DNA of 64,000 bases from Alphaproteobacteria bacterium (GCA_036475545.1 JAZGAE010000155.1:2291-66290), one strand, 5' to 3'; positions 19,214-29,327 are shown, numbered from the stretch's first letter. Notes: generated from the letters alone by a model not told the origin. Numbers and translations: made by a program.

Positions 19214-19943
19214 GCCCCGCGGGCAGTGCCGCCCCGAGCCAGACGAGGGCATACATCGGCCAGGGAAAGGCAATGCGCGGCCGATTGCGCCGAAGCCCGC
19301 GCTGGATGATCCGGGCGGCCCTGTCGGCGTCGATCGCCAACGGCATGTAGAAATCGTTGTTCTCGGTCAAGGGCGTGCGCACGAAGCCCGGACAGACGAC
19401 CGAGACCTCGATGCCGTCCTTGCCAAGCTCGCGTCTCAGCGCCTCGCCGTAGAGTCGCCCGGCGGCCTTGGTAGCGCAGTAGGCGGCGGCCCCGGGCGAG
19501 CCGACGAAGGCGGCCAGCGAGCTCATGATGGCGATCTGGCCGCGCCCGCGGGCGCGCATCACCGGGATGGCAGGCAAGACCGTGTTCAGCACGCCGTCGA
19601 CGTTGATGGCGAAGATGCGGCGCACGGTCTCGGCGGTTTCCCGGAAGAAGCCTTCGCCGCCGCTGGTGCCGGCCGAGACGCCGGCATTGGCTACGACGAG
19701 GTCGAGGGGCGCGATGGAGTCGGCGTCGTCGATCCAGCGGGCGCAGGCTTGCCCGTCGGTCACGTCGACGAGGGCGGCCTGCACCTTCGCGCCCCGCTCT
19801 TCGCAGGACAGGGCCACCGCGTCGAGCCGGGCGGCGTCGCGACCGCATAAAGCCAACGTTACACCGGGCGCCGCGTAAGCGCGCGCGAGCGCCGCGCCGA
19901 TGCCGCTGCTCGCGCCCGTAATCAGGATGGAGCGCGGGGTCCG
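19173..19943 (-). CDS. SDR family oxidoreductase
   Basis: The start is probably MRTPRSILITGASSGIGAALA at 19943. Catalytic YCATKAA motif. The 3' end overlaps mltG (convergent) by 41 nt. Confidence 0.65.
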   Translation of the reverse strand, partial: RTPRSILITGASSGIGAALARAYAAPGVTLALCGRDAARLDAVALSCEERGAKVQAALVDVTDGQACARWIDDADSIAPLDLVVANAGVSAGTSGGEGFFRETAETVRRIFAINVDGVLNTVLPAIPVMRARGRGQIAIMSSLAAFVGSPGAAAYCATKAAGRLYGEALRRELGKDGIEVSVVCPGFVRTPLTENNDFYMPLAIDADRAARIIQRGLRRNRPRIAFPWPMYALVWLGAALPAGLTDSLMRRLGRNR

Positions 19944-20168
19944 CATGGCCGCATCATGGGGCGGTGGTTGCCGCTTCACAAGCGCCGCCTCGGAGCTCAT
20001 CTGCGGCCTTCGGCCGGCCGTCCTCGCCGGCGGTCGGCGTCCCGGCGCCACCCGAGAACCTCAGAAATCGGCGGCGAAGGCGACTTGTTGGCGCCGGGGC
20101 CCGGGTATAGAGTGTGGCGGCGCTCGTGGGTCCCCCGAAATACAGAGGTTTCGTTGCCCCTTTGCAGC

Positions 20169-21041
20169 ATGACCGGCTTCGCCCGCGCCGACGGTCACGT
20201 CGACGGCTGGACCTGGACCTGGGAGCTCAAGAGCGTCAACGGCCGCGGCCTCGATGTGCGTTGCAAGCTGCCGCCCGACCTCGACGGCTTGGAGTCGATG
20301 GCGCGTTCCCACATCCAAGAACGTTTCAGCCGCGGGACCATCTCGGCGGCGCTGACGGTCACGCGGCCGCCCGGAGCGCTGAAGCTGCGGCTGAATGTGG
20401 AGGTCGCCGAGCAGCTGGAGCAGATCGTGAGGGAATTGGCGGCGCGGGTGAAGGCGCAGCCGCCGACCCTCGACGGGTTGCTCTCGGTGCGGGGCGTGAT
20501 CGAGACGGCCGAGGAGGACGAGGCGCCCGAGGCGCGCGCGAGCCGCGAGCAGGCCTTCGTGGTGGCTCTCGACGAAGCAATTGCCGCCCTGGCCGAGGCG
20601 CGAGCGCAAGAGGGCACGCGGCTCGGGGCCGTGCTCGCGAGCCAGCTCGACGAGCTGGAGGGCCTGGCCGACGACGCGGAAGCGTGCGCAACCGTGCGCC
20701 CCGAGGCGATTCGAGCGCGCCTCAAGGAGCAGGTCGCGGCCCTGCTGGAGGCTGCGCCAGCGCTGCCCGAGGAGCGACTGGCGCAGGAGGCGGCGCTGCT
20801 CGCCGCCAAGGCGGACCTGCGCGAAGAGCTGGACCGGTTGCGGGCGCACCTGGCGGCGGCGCGCGAGTTGCTCTCCGCCGGCGGGCCGGTGGGGCGACGG
20901 CTCGACTTCCTGTGTCAGGAGCTGAACCGCGAGGCCAACACCATTTGCTCCAAGTCGACCGACATCGAGCTGACCCGGATCGGCCTCGACCTCAAGGCCG
21001 GAATCGAGCAGTTTCGCGAGCAGATTCACAACATCGAGTAG
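20169..21041 (+). CDS. yicC: YicC-family stress-induced protein
   Basis: Begins MTGFARADG and ends with the conserved ELTRIGLDLKAGIEQFREQIHNIE. yicC-gmk synteny. The track ORF starts 71 codons upstream. Confidence 0.8.
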   Translation: MTGFARADGHVDGWTWTWELKSVNGRGLDVRCKLPPDLDGLESMARSHIQERFSRGTISAALTVTRPPGALKLRLNVEVAEQLEQIVRELAARVKAQPPTLDGLLSVRGVIETAEEDEAPEARASREQAFVVALDEAIAALAEARAQEGTRLGAVLASQLDELEGLADDAEACATVRPEAIRARLKEQVAALLEAAPALPEERLAQEAALLAAKADLREELDRLRAHLAAARELLSAGGPVGRRLDFLCQELNREANTICSKSTDIELTRIGLDLKAGIEQFREQIHNIE

Positions 21042-21047
21042 CGCAGC

Positions 21048-21692
21048 TTGCCCATGCCGTCCCCCGACATCACGCGCCGTGGCCTGATGCTCGTGCTTTC
21101 CTCGCCGTCGGGCGCCGGCAAGACGACGATCACGCGCGGGCTGCTGGAGCGCGACGAAGGCATTTCCATGTCGGTCTCCGTCACGACGCGGCCCAAACGC
21201 CCCGACGAGGTCGCCGGCGTCGACTACCACTTCGTCGACCCCACCGATTTCAACCTGATGATGAACCGGGACGAGCTCTTGGAGTACGCGAAGGTCTTCG
21301 GCCATTACTACGGCACGCCGCGCGGGCCGGTGGAACAAGCCCTGAGCGCGGGGCGCGACGTGCTCTTCGACATCGACTGGCAGGGAACCCAGCAGCTCGC
21401 CCAGAACGCGCCCAAGGACCTGGTGAGCGTGTTCATCCTGCCGCCCTCGACCGCCGAGCTGGAGCGGCGCCTCAGAACCCGCGCCCAGGACAGCGCCGAG
21501 GTGGTGGCCCAGCGCATGGCCCAGGCCGCGGACGAGATGAGCCACTGGCCGGAATACGACTACATCGTCGTCAACCGGGAGGTGGACGAGAGCGTCGCCG
21601 CCGTCGAGGCCATCCTGGTGGCCGAGCGGCTCCGGCGCGACCGCCGGGTCGGCCTCGCCGATTTCGTCAAGCGGCTGCGCGAGGGGCAGTAG
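21048..21692 (+). CDS. gmk: guanylate kinase
   Basis: P-loop SSPSGAGKTT. Motifs VSVTTRPKRPDEVAGVDYHFV and DIDWQG. Confidence 0.9.
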   Translation: MPMPSPDITRRGLMLVLSSPSGAGKTTITRGLLERDEGISMSVSVTTRPKRPDEVAGVDYHFVDPTDFNLMMNRDELLEYAKVFGHYYGTPRGPVEQALSAGRDVLFDIDWQGTQQLAQNAPKDLVSVFILPPSTAELERRLRTRAQDSAEVVAQRMAQAADEMSHWPEYDYIVVNREVDESVAAVEAILVAERLRRDRRVGLADFVKRLREGQ

Positions 21693-21741
21693 CCCAGCAA
21701 GGGCTTCCCGCCGGGGCGGCCGGGGGCGGGCGACGGCGGCG

Positions 21742-22584
21742 TCAGCCCAGCTCTAGCGTGGTGACCCCGAACACGCGCCGCAGCGGTATGTCGGGCTCCT
21801 TGCCCCTATACATGCGCGCGGTCTCGAACACGGCCTTCATGCCGTGGCCCCTGGCCAGCGCAACCGCGGCGGCATTGGGCTCGGGCACGTCGAGGACCAG
21901 TGGCTCGCCGGGGGCGGTGGCCGAGAGCGCCCGAAACAGCGCCTCGGCCTGGTCCGCGCCGTCGGCGAAAAGCGGGCCGATCTTGTGGCCGGTCCGGCAC
22001 CGGCGGATGACGCCGTACCCTGAGAGCCTGCCGGTCTCGAGGAGTCCCAGGGCCCTGCCGTCCGGCACGGCGATCCAGCGCTCGAGAAACCGCTCGCGCG
22101 GGGCCGGAAACAGCTCGCGGTCATATGCCGCGACCTGGGCGAAGGGGAGCGAGGCCAGATCGACCGCGGCGCTGGCCTCTTGCGCCCGCCCGGCGCCCTC
22201 GAAGCGGACGTTGCGGTAGGCGAGGCGGAAGCCGGACCTGTGGTAGCCGTCGGGTCGCGCCGGGTCGCCGTCGAGGCCCACGCTGCGGCCGCCCAGGCGG
22301 GCCAGGCCCGCGCGCCATAACCGCCGGCCGAAACCGCGGCCCCGGTGCTCGGGCGCGACGATGAACAGGCCGAGGAAGCCGAAGTCGGCGCCATAGGCGA
22401 CCGCGGAAATACCGGCAACGGCCTCGCCGGCGAGCTCGCCGACGAGAAAGCCCCCGGGATCGGTGGCCCAGAAACACTCGGCGTCATGAAGGCCCGGGTT
22501 CCAGCCTTCCATCGCCGCCCAGTCGAGCACGCGGTCCAGGTCGGCGCGACCCATGGGGCGAATCGCGAATGGCTCGCTTGTCAT
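21742..22584 (-). CDS. GNAT family N-acetyltransferase (about 280 aa, possibly two GNAT-like halves)
   Basis: Acetyl-CoA-binding-like motif in the N-terminal half (FIVAPEHRGRGFGRRLW), with a second acetyltransferase-like region after it. Confidence 0.55.
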   Translation of the reverse strand: MTSEPFAIRPMGRADLDRVLDWAAMEGWNPGLHDAECFWATDPGGFLVGELAGEAVAGISAVAYGADFGFLGLFIVAPEHRGRGFGRRLWRAGLARLGGRSVGLDGDPARPDGYHRSGFRLAYRNVRFEGAGRAQEASAAVDLASLPFAQVAAYDRELFPAPRERFLERWIAVPDGRALGLLETGRLSGYGVIRRCRTGHKIGPLFADGADQAEALFRALSATAPGEPLVLDVPEPNAAAVALARGHGMKAVFETARMYRGKEPDIPLRRVFGVTTLELG

Positions 22585-22653
22585 TGCACTTGCCGCTGGC
22601 CTCCGTTCCGCGCCGGCGAAGGCCGCCCTTCCGCTCCGCGCCCCCAGGAGCGC

Positions 22654-23550
22654 CTAGCCGGCGCCGCCGCCGGCGCTCTCCCGAGCGATCCCGGGCAGGG
22701 CGCGCGCGAGCGCGCAGAATTCCTGAACGGTAAGCTCCTCCGCCCGCGCCGTAGGGTCGAGGCCGACGGCGTCGATCAGCGCGGCGGCGTCGAGCCCGAG
22801 AGACTTCAGGCTCGTGCGCAGCATCTTGCGCCGCTGGCCGAATCCGGCCGCCACGACCCGCTCCAGCGCGCCGCGGTCGGCCTCCGCCAGCGGCCGCGGC
22901 CGGGGGATGAGCTGCACCACCGTGGAGGTGACCTTGGGCGGCGGCGTGAATGCGCTCGGCCGGACGTCGAACAGCGCGCGGGCCTCGCACAGCCACTGGA
23001 CCATCACCGACAGCCGGCCGTAGGCCTTGGTCCGCGGCACCGCGGTGATGCGGGCCGCCACCTCCTTCTGGAACATCAGCGTGAGCGACTCGAAGGCGGG
23101 CAGGTCACCGAGCCAGCGCAGGAGCAGGGGCACCGCGATGTTGTAGGGCAGATTGGCGACGATCTTGGCCGGACCTTGCGCCTCGCGCGCCAGCGCCGCG
23201 GCGTCGACCTCGAGGGCATCGGCGGCGACGATCTCGAGCCGCCCGGGGAAGGCGCGCATGAGGCTTTGGAGCGCCGCCACGCACCGCTCATCGCGTTCGA
23301 TGGCGATGACGCGGCGCGCGCCCTCGAGCAGCAGCGCGCGCGTCAGCCCCCCGGGCCCGGGCCCGACCTCGATCACCGTGACCTGGCGCAAGTCCCCCGC
23401 CGCGCGGGCGACGCGGCGGGTGAGGTTCATATCGAGCAGGAAGTGCTGGCCCAGCGCCCGCCGGGCGGTGATCCCGTGCGCGGCGATGACCTCGCGGAGC
23501 GGCGGAAGCTCGGGTCGCTCCGGGGCCACCCTAGTCCCCTCTGTCATCAT
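22654..23550 (-). CDS. rsmA: 16S rRNA (adenine1518-N6/adenine1519-N6)-dimethyltransferase RsmA/KsgA
   Basis: 298 aa from an ATGATG at 23545-23550. Motifs GQHFL, VIEVGPGPGGLT and NLPYNI. Conserved surA-pdxA-rsmA order. Confidence 0.9.
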   Translation of the reverse strand: MMTEGTRVAPERPELPPLREVIAAHGITARRALGQHFLLDMNLTRRVARAAGDLRQVTVIEVGPGPGGLTRALLLEGARRVIAIERDERCVAALQSLMRAFPGRLEIVAADALEVDAAALAREAQGPAKIVANLPYNIAVPLLLRWLGDLPAFESLTLMFQKEVAARITAVPRTKAYGRLSVMVQWLCEARALFDVRPSAFTPPPKVTSTVVQLIPRPRPLAEADRGALERVVAAGFGQRRKMLRTSLKSLGLDAAALIDAVGLDPTARAEELTVQEFCALARALPGIARESAGGGAG

Positions 23551-23580
23551 AGGACGGCACGTGTGATGGCCTTGGGTGAT

Positions 23581-23622
23581 CCTCCGGCGCAGTCCGTTCA
23601 ACTTGACCGGATTATGCTCTAG
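23581..23622. repeat. Copy 1 of a 42-nt dispersed repeat (cctccggcgcagtccgttcaacYtgaccggattatgctctaR); on the minus strand it begins at the pdxA TAG stop
   Basis: It matches 38944-38985 at 41 of 42 positions. It lies between pdxA and rsmA, about 30 nt upstream of the rsmA ATG. Confidence 0.8.
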
Positions 23623-24671
23623 GCGACCGAGGCGGACCTGTCGGCCGCGCTCCGGCGTCGGACCATGTCGGCGGCCATGGCGAGCGCCGCCACGAGGCTC
23701 GATTCGCGCGCTTCGCCGGAGCCGGCGATGTCGAGCGCCGTGCCGTGGTCCGGGGAGGTGCGAACGAACGGCAGCCCCAGGGTGATGTTGACGCCGTGAT
23801 CGAAGTCGATGGTCTTGAGCGGGATGAGCGCCTGGTCGTGGTGCATGCAGATCACCGCGTCGTGGGCGCGCCGCGCCGCCTCGTGGAAAAGGGTATCCGC
23901 GGGCGAGGGGCCGGCGACCTCGAGGCCGAGCGCGCGCAGCTCCGCGACCGCCGGCGCGATGACGTCGATCTCCTCCGAGCCGATATCTCCTTCTTCCCCG
24001 GCATGGGGGTTGAGCGCGGCCACGGCGAGCCGCGGGCGGGCGATAGCGAAATCGGTGACGAGGGACGCCGCCACGACCCGCCCGCAGGCCACGATCCGGC
24101 GCCGGTCGAGCGCGGCGACGGCCTCGGCCAGCGGCAGATGGACCGTGACGGGAGCCACCCTGAGCCCTGGGCAGGCAAGCATCATCACAGGCAAAACGGG
24201 CGCGCCCGTCTCGGCGGCGGCCAGCTTCGCGAGATACTCGGTGTGGCCAGGGTATTCGAACCCGGCCGCATGAAGGGTCTTCTTGTGGATCGGGTTGGTC
24301 ACGACCGCCGCCGCCTCGCCGGCATGGGCGAGCGCCACGGCCCGGTCGATCGAAGCGACGACGGCGGCCGCGTTCTTGGGGTCCGGCCGCCCGGGCGTCA
24401 CCCCTGCCGGCAAGGCCAGCGGCAGCACCGGGAGCGCGGCGGCGAAGGCCCGCGCCGCCTCGCGAGGCGAGCCGACCGCGCGCACGCGCACGGCGAGGCC
24501 GAGGGCGTGCGCCAGCCGCTCGAGCCGGGCCGGATCGTCGATCACGAAGAAGGGGGGCGCCAATCCGTTTCCGCCGCCGGTCCGCCGCAGCCACGCCCGC
24601 AGCGTGATTTCGCCGCCGATTCCGGCGGGCTCGCCCATGGTCAGCGCCAGCGGGACGGAAGCGGACGTCAT
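23619..24671 (-). CDS. pdxA: 4-hydroxythreonine-4-phosphate dehydrogenase
   Basis: 350 aa from the ATG at 24671 (MTSASVPLALTMGEPAGIGGEI). Its start overlaps the surA TGA in an ATGA. Metal-binding His motifs (HTEYL, NPHAGE). Confidence 0.85.
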   Translation of the reverse strand: MTSASVPLALTMGEPAGIGGEITLRAWLRRTGGGNGLAPPFFVIDDPARLERLAHALGLAVRVRAVGSPREAARAFAAALPVLPLALPAGVTPGRPDPKNAAAVVASIDRAVALAHAGEAAAVVTNPIHKKTLHAAGFEYPGHTEYLAKLAAAETGAPVLPVMMLACPGLRVAPVTVHLPLAEAVAALDRRRIVACGRVVAASLVTDFAIARPRLAVAALNPHAGEEGDIGSEEIDVIAPAVAELRALGLEVAGPSPADTLFHEAARRAHDAVICMHHDQALIPLKTIDFDHGVNITLGLPFVRTSPDHGTALDIAGSGEARESSLVAALAMAADMVRRRSAADRSASVA

Positions 24672-25921
24672 ATCCGCATTTCCACGGTCGCGGAACGGCG
24701 GAGGTCGCGCAGATAGCGCCGCGCCATCAGGTCCAGGCGTTGGCCAAAAATGGCTTTGCTGACCTCGTCCCGATCGGGCAACACCGATTCCGCCTCCTTG
24801 CGGTCGCAAACCATGAGAACCGAAATGGCCGCCTTCGTCTGCACCGGTTGGCTCACCTTCCTGACCTTCAGAGTCTCCACCACCTTCCGAAGATGCTCCG
24901 GCAGGTCGCCGACGTTGATCCAGCCAAGGTCGCCGGACAGTGGCGATCCCAGCTCGGCACCCAGTTTCTCCATATCGTCGCAGGATTTGATGTGCGGCCT
25001 CATCTCCTTGGCGAGCTTGATTTGGCTGGCGATTTCATCCTTCGTGGCGCCCGGCGGCAGGGGAAAATAAATCTGGCGCAGCCACACCCTGGCGGTTTGC
25101 GAGCCCGCCGGCACTTGGCGGTCGCGAAGGAGCAGAATGTGATAGCCGGTCACGGTGCGGATTGGAACCGAGATTGCGGGGGGCCTCATCTTGGCGAGGA
25201 CCGCTTCCAGCTCTTCGTCGAGCTCGCCCTCCCGCACCCAACCGATGTCGCCTCCGGCGAGGGCGGTTCCGCTTTGCGAGAACTGCCGGGCGAGCGCCGG
25301 GAAGTCCGCGCCCTTGCGGATTTGTGCGACCAACCGCTCGGCGGTCTCGCGGACCTGGGCATCCTGTTCGGGGTAATCGACGGCGAGAAAGATCTCGGCC
25401 ACGAGGTTCTGTGGCTTGTCCTTTATGGCCTCCATATGGGCGAGGGCTTCATCCACTTCGTCCTCGCCGATGTCGATGTCGGGCCGGATCCGTCGCCTGA
25501 TGACCTTGCTCCAGGCGATGGTGGCGCGGACCTGGGCGACGACGGTGTCCTTGCTGATTCCTTCCTCGGCGAAAAAGGTGTCCAGGCTGCCCTCGGCAAC
25601 CTCGTTCCGTTTTAAGATGCGGGCGAGGGCCGCCTCGATTTCGGCATCGGTGATCCTAGCGTTGATCCGCTCCGCTTCCTGGATCTGAAGCCGCTCGTCG
25701 ATCAGGGTGCGCAACACCGCGGGGAGCAGCCGCTGGCGGATCTCGGGCGAGTCCTCCAGGTTGGAGGAGAAGATCACCAGCTTCAGCCGCTCGGTAATGT
25801 CCAGGACCGAAATGATGTCGTCATTCACGACCGCGGCGATGCTCTGAACGTCGCGCACCTCGACCGGCCCGGCGGCGACGAGCGTCATCAGCATCACAAG
25901 GCACGGGAAGGCGCGTTTCAC
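24668..25921 (-). CDS. surA: periplasmic chaperone / peptidyl-prolyl isomerase SurA
   Basis: SurA N-terminal domain followed by parvulin domains. The start is uncertain: GTG at 25921 (VKRAFPCLVMLMTLVAAGPV signal peptide), an earlier GTG at 25948, or TTG at 26002. Confidence 0.75.
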   Translation of the reverse strand: MKRAFPCLVMLMTLVAAGPVEVRDVQSIAAVVNDDIISVLDITERLKLVIFSSNLEDSPEIRQRLLPAVLRTLIDERLQIQEAERINARITDAEIEAALARILKRNEVAEGSLDTFFAEEGISKDTVVAQVRATIAWSKVIRRRIRPDIDIGEDEVDEALAHMEAIKDKPQNLVAEIFLAVDYPEQDAQVRETAERLVAQIRKGADFPALARQFSQSGTALAGGDIGWVREGELDEELEAVLAKMRPPAISVPIRTVTGYHILLLRDRQVPAGSQTARVWLRQIYFPLPPGATKDEIASQIKLAKEMRPHIKSCDDMEKLGAELGSPLSGDLGWINVGDLPEHLRKVVETLKVRKVSQPVQTKAAISVLMVCDRKEAESVLPDRDEVSKAIFGQRLDLMARRYLRDLRRSATVEMRI

Positions 25922-26056
25922 CGGCGTCGTCGTTGTTATCGTTGACACGCTTGGTCCAAAAGCGACTGGGCCATATATAGGATCAATCGCGGCGGTCGAC
26001 AATTCTCGCCCGACTGCCGGCCGCCTCCGCGGTTTAGGGTTTTCCGGCGCCCGTCC

Positions 26057-28210
26057 TCATATCCGAACCTCGCCCAGGTGCTTGAAGACGACGCGGAACA
26101 GAACGGTGTCGGACGGCTCGATCTCCCGGTCTCTAGTGAACGAGCGGCGAATGTCTGCGGAGAGGAAGAAGCACTCGTCCTCGTAAATCAAGCCGAAACC
26201 GGTGGAGAGGGTGGCGCCGCCTTCGGTGAGGTCGCGCCTTCCGTAGGCGCGGGCCGCCCAGTACTCGTTGATTTGCGAGCGGGCGGAAACGGTAATCTCC
26301 TCGCGGTCGCCGAAGCCGGCGGTGCCGGCCGTCTCGTCGATGAAGATATAGTCCAGGTTCAGCCGGAGCGCCGGCGGGCCTGCGGCCATGGTTAATTCGT
26401 TGACCCTCGGCTCGAGGCCGTCTTTGTCGAAGCGAAAGCGGTAGAGAAGATCGAGGCCGCGCCCGGGCGACAGATGGACCCTGCCGACGAAGTCGGAGAG
26501 CCGGTCCCTCAGCCCCGATCCGACCGCGAAGTCGGTGTCCTCTCGGAAACGGAAGCTCTGGCCCAGGAAGGCGGTCAAGCTTCGACCACGATGGTCGTAG
26601 AGCCCTGTTATCAAACCGTAGTCCAGGCGCTGTCCGCTGTCGACCCGGTCGAGCCCGGGGAACCGGTTGAGGCTGAACAGGTCGGCGTCGTCGAACTCGA
26701 AGGCTTGGCTGTCCTCGTTGGGAATATCATCGGGATTGCCGCCGTTGGGTCCGACGATGAGGGCCGCAACGGGTTCGACGAGGTAGCGCGCGCCGCCGAT
26801 CTCACGCACCAGCGGATAGCGCCAATCGAGAGCCAGCTGAGGGAAGATCCGCCCCGTCACTCCGTCGAACGACCCGTCGGGACCGGCGGGATCGGCGACG
26901 TCGTTGACGAAGTAAAGGTCGGCCTGGGTTACGGCGGACAGGTTGAAGACGTTTCCCGATTTGCCGGTGTGGGAAAGATGCCACCCGCCCTTGAAGGAAA
27001 GGCGCCTGCTGTCGGCGCCTTCGTCGCGACTGAGTGACAGGATGTTCGTGTCGAGCGTCCAATATGCGCCGCGCCGGTTCGGAACGCTGACGAAATTGTA
27101 GTCGATCTGCGGCAGAATGAGGGGCGTCGTTTCGCTTTTGTCCCGGGCGCGAAGGCCCTGGAAGGCGTATCCGTTGACCGCCGCGTAGCTGCGCTGCCGG
27201 AAACCCTCCATGAAGGCCCGGGTCGTGAGTACGTCTTCGAAGCCGAAGCCGTATCTCTGGAGATAGGTATCGTCCGATGCGCGGGCGACGTTGAACCCCC
27301 AGCGCCAGGTGTCGTTGATGTCGAACCGGCCGCGGCCGCGGATGTGGCCCCTGAGCTGGTCTTCCTCGCGCATGCCGGTACTGTCGGTGCGGTCCGCTTT
27401 GGTAATGCTGCCGGAAAACTCGAACTCCCCGTCGGTGAGCCGCTGGCGGTATTCGCCGAAGAAGACGGGCCCCTGTTTGCCGGTGAGGATGGGCTCCAAG
27501 GTGGCGTCCTTGTCGGGCGCGATGTCGATGTAGTAGGGCGTGCCGACGATGAAGCCGAGCTGGCTGTTGCTGCCCAAGCGCGGGGCGAGGAGCCCGCTGC
27601 GCCGCTCCACCGTGGGATCGGGGTGCGAGAGGTAGGGCGTGTAGGCGACCGGGATGCCGAACATCTCCAGGAACGCGTCGTAATATTCTATGTTCCTGGC
27701 CTTCTCGTCGTGGACGACCTTGATCGCCTTGATCTGCCATAGGGGCGGACGCCCGGGCTTGTCCTCGCACAGTTTACAGGGAGAGAAGACCGCCCGCTTC
27801 ATCTCCGACCTGACCCCGGCAATGCGCGATGCCTGGTTGGCCGCCAGCCGCGACTCGTCCGGGAAAAGCATGCGCAGGTTGCGGAGGAAACCCTTTTTCA
27901 TCCCGTCCTGGAGCTCGACGTAGTCGGCGAAATAGACCTCGCCGGTCGGCTCGAGCAAGCTGACGTTGCCCGAGGCCGTGACCACGTTGGTTCTCTGGTT
28001 GAGGGTTACGGTGTCGGCCAGCAGTACGCGCGCATCCTGGGAGATCTCGACGTTGCCCGAGGCGATGACCAGGCTCCGCTCCCGGTCATGTCGGACGTTG
28101 TCGGCGCTCACCAGGACGGGCAACTCCCGTGTGGGTCGTTCCTGGCCGACCGCCGGCCCCGTCACCGTCAGCGCGAGCGCCACAATTCCGCACGCAGTCC
28201 CCTTCCGCAT
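26057..28210 (-). CDS. lptD: LPS-assembly protein LptD
   Basis: 717 aa from the ATG at 28210, with a signal peptide (MRKGTACGIVALALTVTGPAVGQ). OstA-like N-terminal domain and a large beta-barrel. Conserved lptFG-lptD-surA order. Confidence 0.85.
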   Translation of the reverse strand: MRKGTACGIVALALTVTGPAVGQERPTRELPVLVSADNVRHDRERSLVIASGNVEISQDARVLLADTVTLNQRTNVVTASGNVSLLEPTGEVYFADYVELQDGMKKGFLRNLRMLFPDESRLAANQASRIAGVRSEMKRAVFSPCKLCEDKPGRPPLWQIKAIKVVHDEKARNIEYYDAFLEMFGIPVAYTPYLSHPDPTVERRSGLLAPRLGSNSQLGFIVGTPYYIDIAPDKDATLEPILTGKQGPVFFGEYRQRLTDGEFEFSGSITKADRTDSTGMREEDQLRGHIRGRGRFDINDTWRWGFNVARASDDTYLQRYGFGFEDVLTTRAFMEGFRQRSYAAVNGYAFQGLRARDKSETTPLILPQIDYNFVSVPNRRGAYWTLDTNILSLSRDEGADSRRLSFKGGWHLSHTGKSGNVFNLSAVTQADLYFVNDVADPAGPDGSFDGVTGRIFPQLALDWRYPLVREIGGARYLVEPVAALIVGPNGGNPDDIPNEDSQAFEFDDADLFSLNRFPGLDRVDSGQRLDYGLITGLYDHRGRSLTAFLGQSFRFREDTDFAVGSGLRDRLSDFVGRVHLSPGRGLDLLYRFRFDKDGLEPRVNELTMAAGPPALRLNLDYIFIDETAGTAGFGDREEITVSARSQINEYWAARAYGRRDLTEGGATLSTGFGLIYEDECFFLSADIRRSFTRDREIEPSDTVLFRVVFKHLGEVRI

Positions 28211-28215
28211 GGGGC

Positions 28216-29310
28216 CTAACCATCTTCGAGATGAAACAGCATGGCAAGGCCAAGAAGGGTGCTCACGCCCGCCGGCGTCCACGCCGCGAGCGCCACCGGG
28301 ATTTCAGCCGAGAGTCCGAGTGCGAACACGACGTCCGAAAGAAAGTAGAGAGAGAAGCCCGCGATCACGCCGCCCGCGATGATCATGGTGTTGCCGCCGC
28401 GCCGCTTCAAACGCAGGGTGAACGTTGCGGCAATCAGGACCATGGCGCACAGCAAAAGCGGCGACGCGAGAAGCGAATGCCAGTAGAGGCGGTGCTTGAG
28501 GGCGGAAAATCCCGCCGACTCCAGCACCTCAATGAAGCCGGGCAAGTCCCAGAACGACATCGTTTCCGGCGAGGCGAAGCTGTCCTGGATATCCTCTTTG
28601 GTCAGGCTCGTCTCCACCCTGTGCTGCGCGGCAAAGCGGGGCGGCGTGTCCGGGGCCGTGAGCCAGGCGTCCCGCAGTTCCCAGTAGCCGTCCGCGAGAC
28701 GCGCCTCGGCGGCGTCGATGCGCCCGACGAAACGGTCGGGGCCCTCGAACAGGAAAATGATCACGTCCTGCATGTCCATGCTGTTGGGGAGCACCCGCAG
28801 GGCGTGCACCACCGATTGGCCCGTCTCGTCCCCCTGGCGCAGCCAAAGCCCCGATTTGGAAACCTTGAGCAGGCTGGTGCGCCCCCGCAGGTAACGGCTC
28901 TCCATCTGCTCGAACCTGGATGTCATGACCGAGGCGATCGGGTTGAAGACGCTGATGTTGAAGACGCCGATGGCAAGGGCCATCGCGAGCGCCGGCAGGA
29001 GAAACTGCCACACCGACACGCCCGCCGAACGGGCGACGACAAGTTCGCGGCTTCGGGTAAGCCGTGCGAAGACGAACATGCCGGCGAAGAGGATCGCGAA
29101 GGGGAGAAGCTCCTGCGCCATCAGCGGGAGCTTCAAGAGCGACATCGCCAGGACGACATCCAGCGTGGCGTGCGCTTTCGCGGCGGCGCGGCGCATCAGC
29201 TCGACGGTATCGAGCAAGAGGGTCACGCCGAGGAGCGCCAGGTACACGGTGCCGAACCAGAGAATGAACTGGCGTCCGATGTACAGCGACAGGGTCGCGG
29301 ACAGGCGCAT
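28216..29310 (-). CDS. lptG: LPS export ABC transporter permease LptG
   Basis: The start MRLSATLSLYIGRQF is at 29310 with AAGGAG 9 nt upstream. YjgP/YjgQ permease topology. Confidence 0.85.
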   Translation of the reverse strand: MRLSATLSLYIGRQFILWFGTVYLALLGVTLLLDTVELMRRAAAKAHATLDVVLAMSLLKLPLMAQELLPFAILFAGMFVFARLTRSRELVVARSAGVSVWQFLLPALAMALAIGVFNISVFNPIASVMTSRFEQMESRYLRGRTSLLKVSKSGLWLRQGDETGQSVVHALRVLPNSMDMQDVIIFLFEGPDRFVGRIDAAEARLADGYWELRDAWLTAPDTPPRFAAQHRVETSLTKEDIQDSFASPETMSFWDLPGFIEVLESAGFSALKHRLYWHSLLASPLLLCAMVLIAATFTLRLKRRGGNTMIIAGGVIAGFSLYFLSDVVFALGLSAEIPVALAAWTPAGVSTLLGLAMLFHLEDG

Positions 29311-29327
29311 CGCGCGTGACTCCTTCG

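Noticed and set aside
21700-21740. A bidirectional terminator between gmk and the GNAT gene (cccgcc..ggcggg).
   Set aside because: The stem is only 6 bp with a 12-nt GC-rich loop and no U-tract. It is too weak to call.
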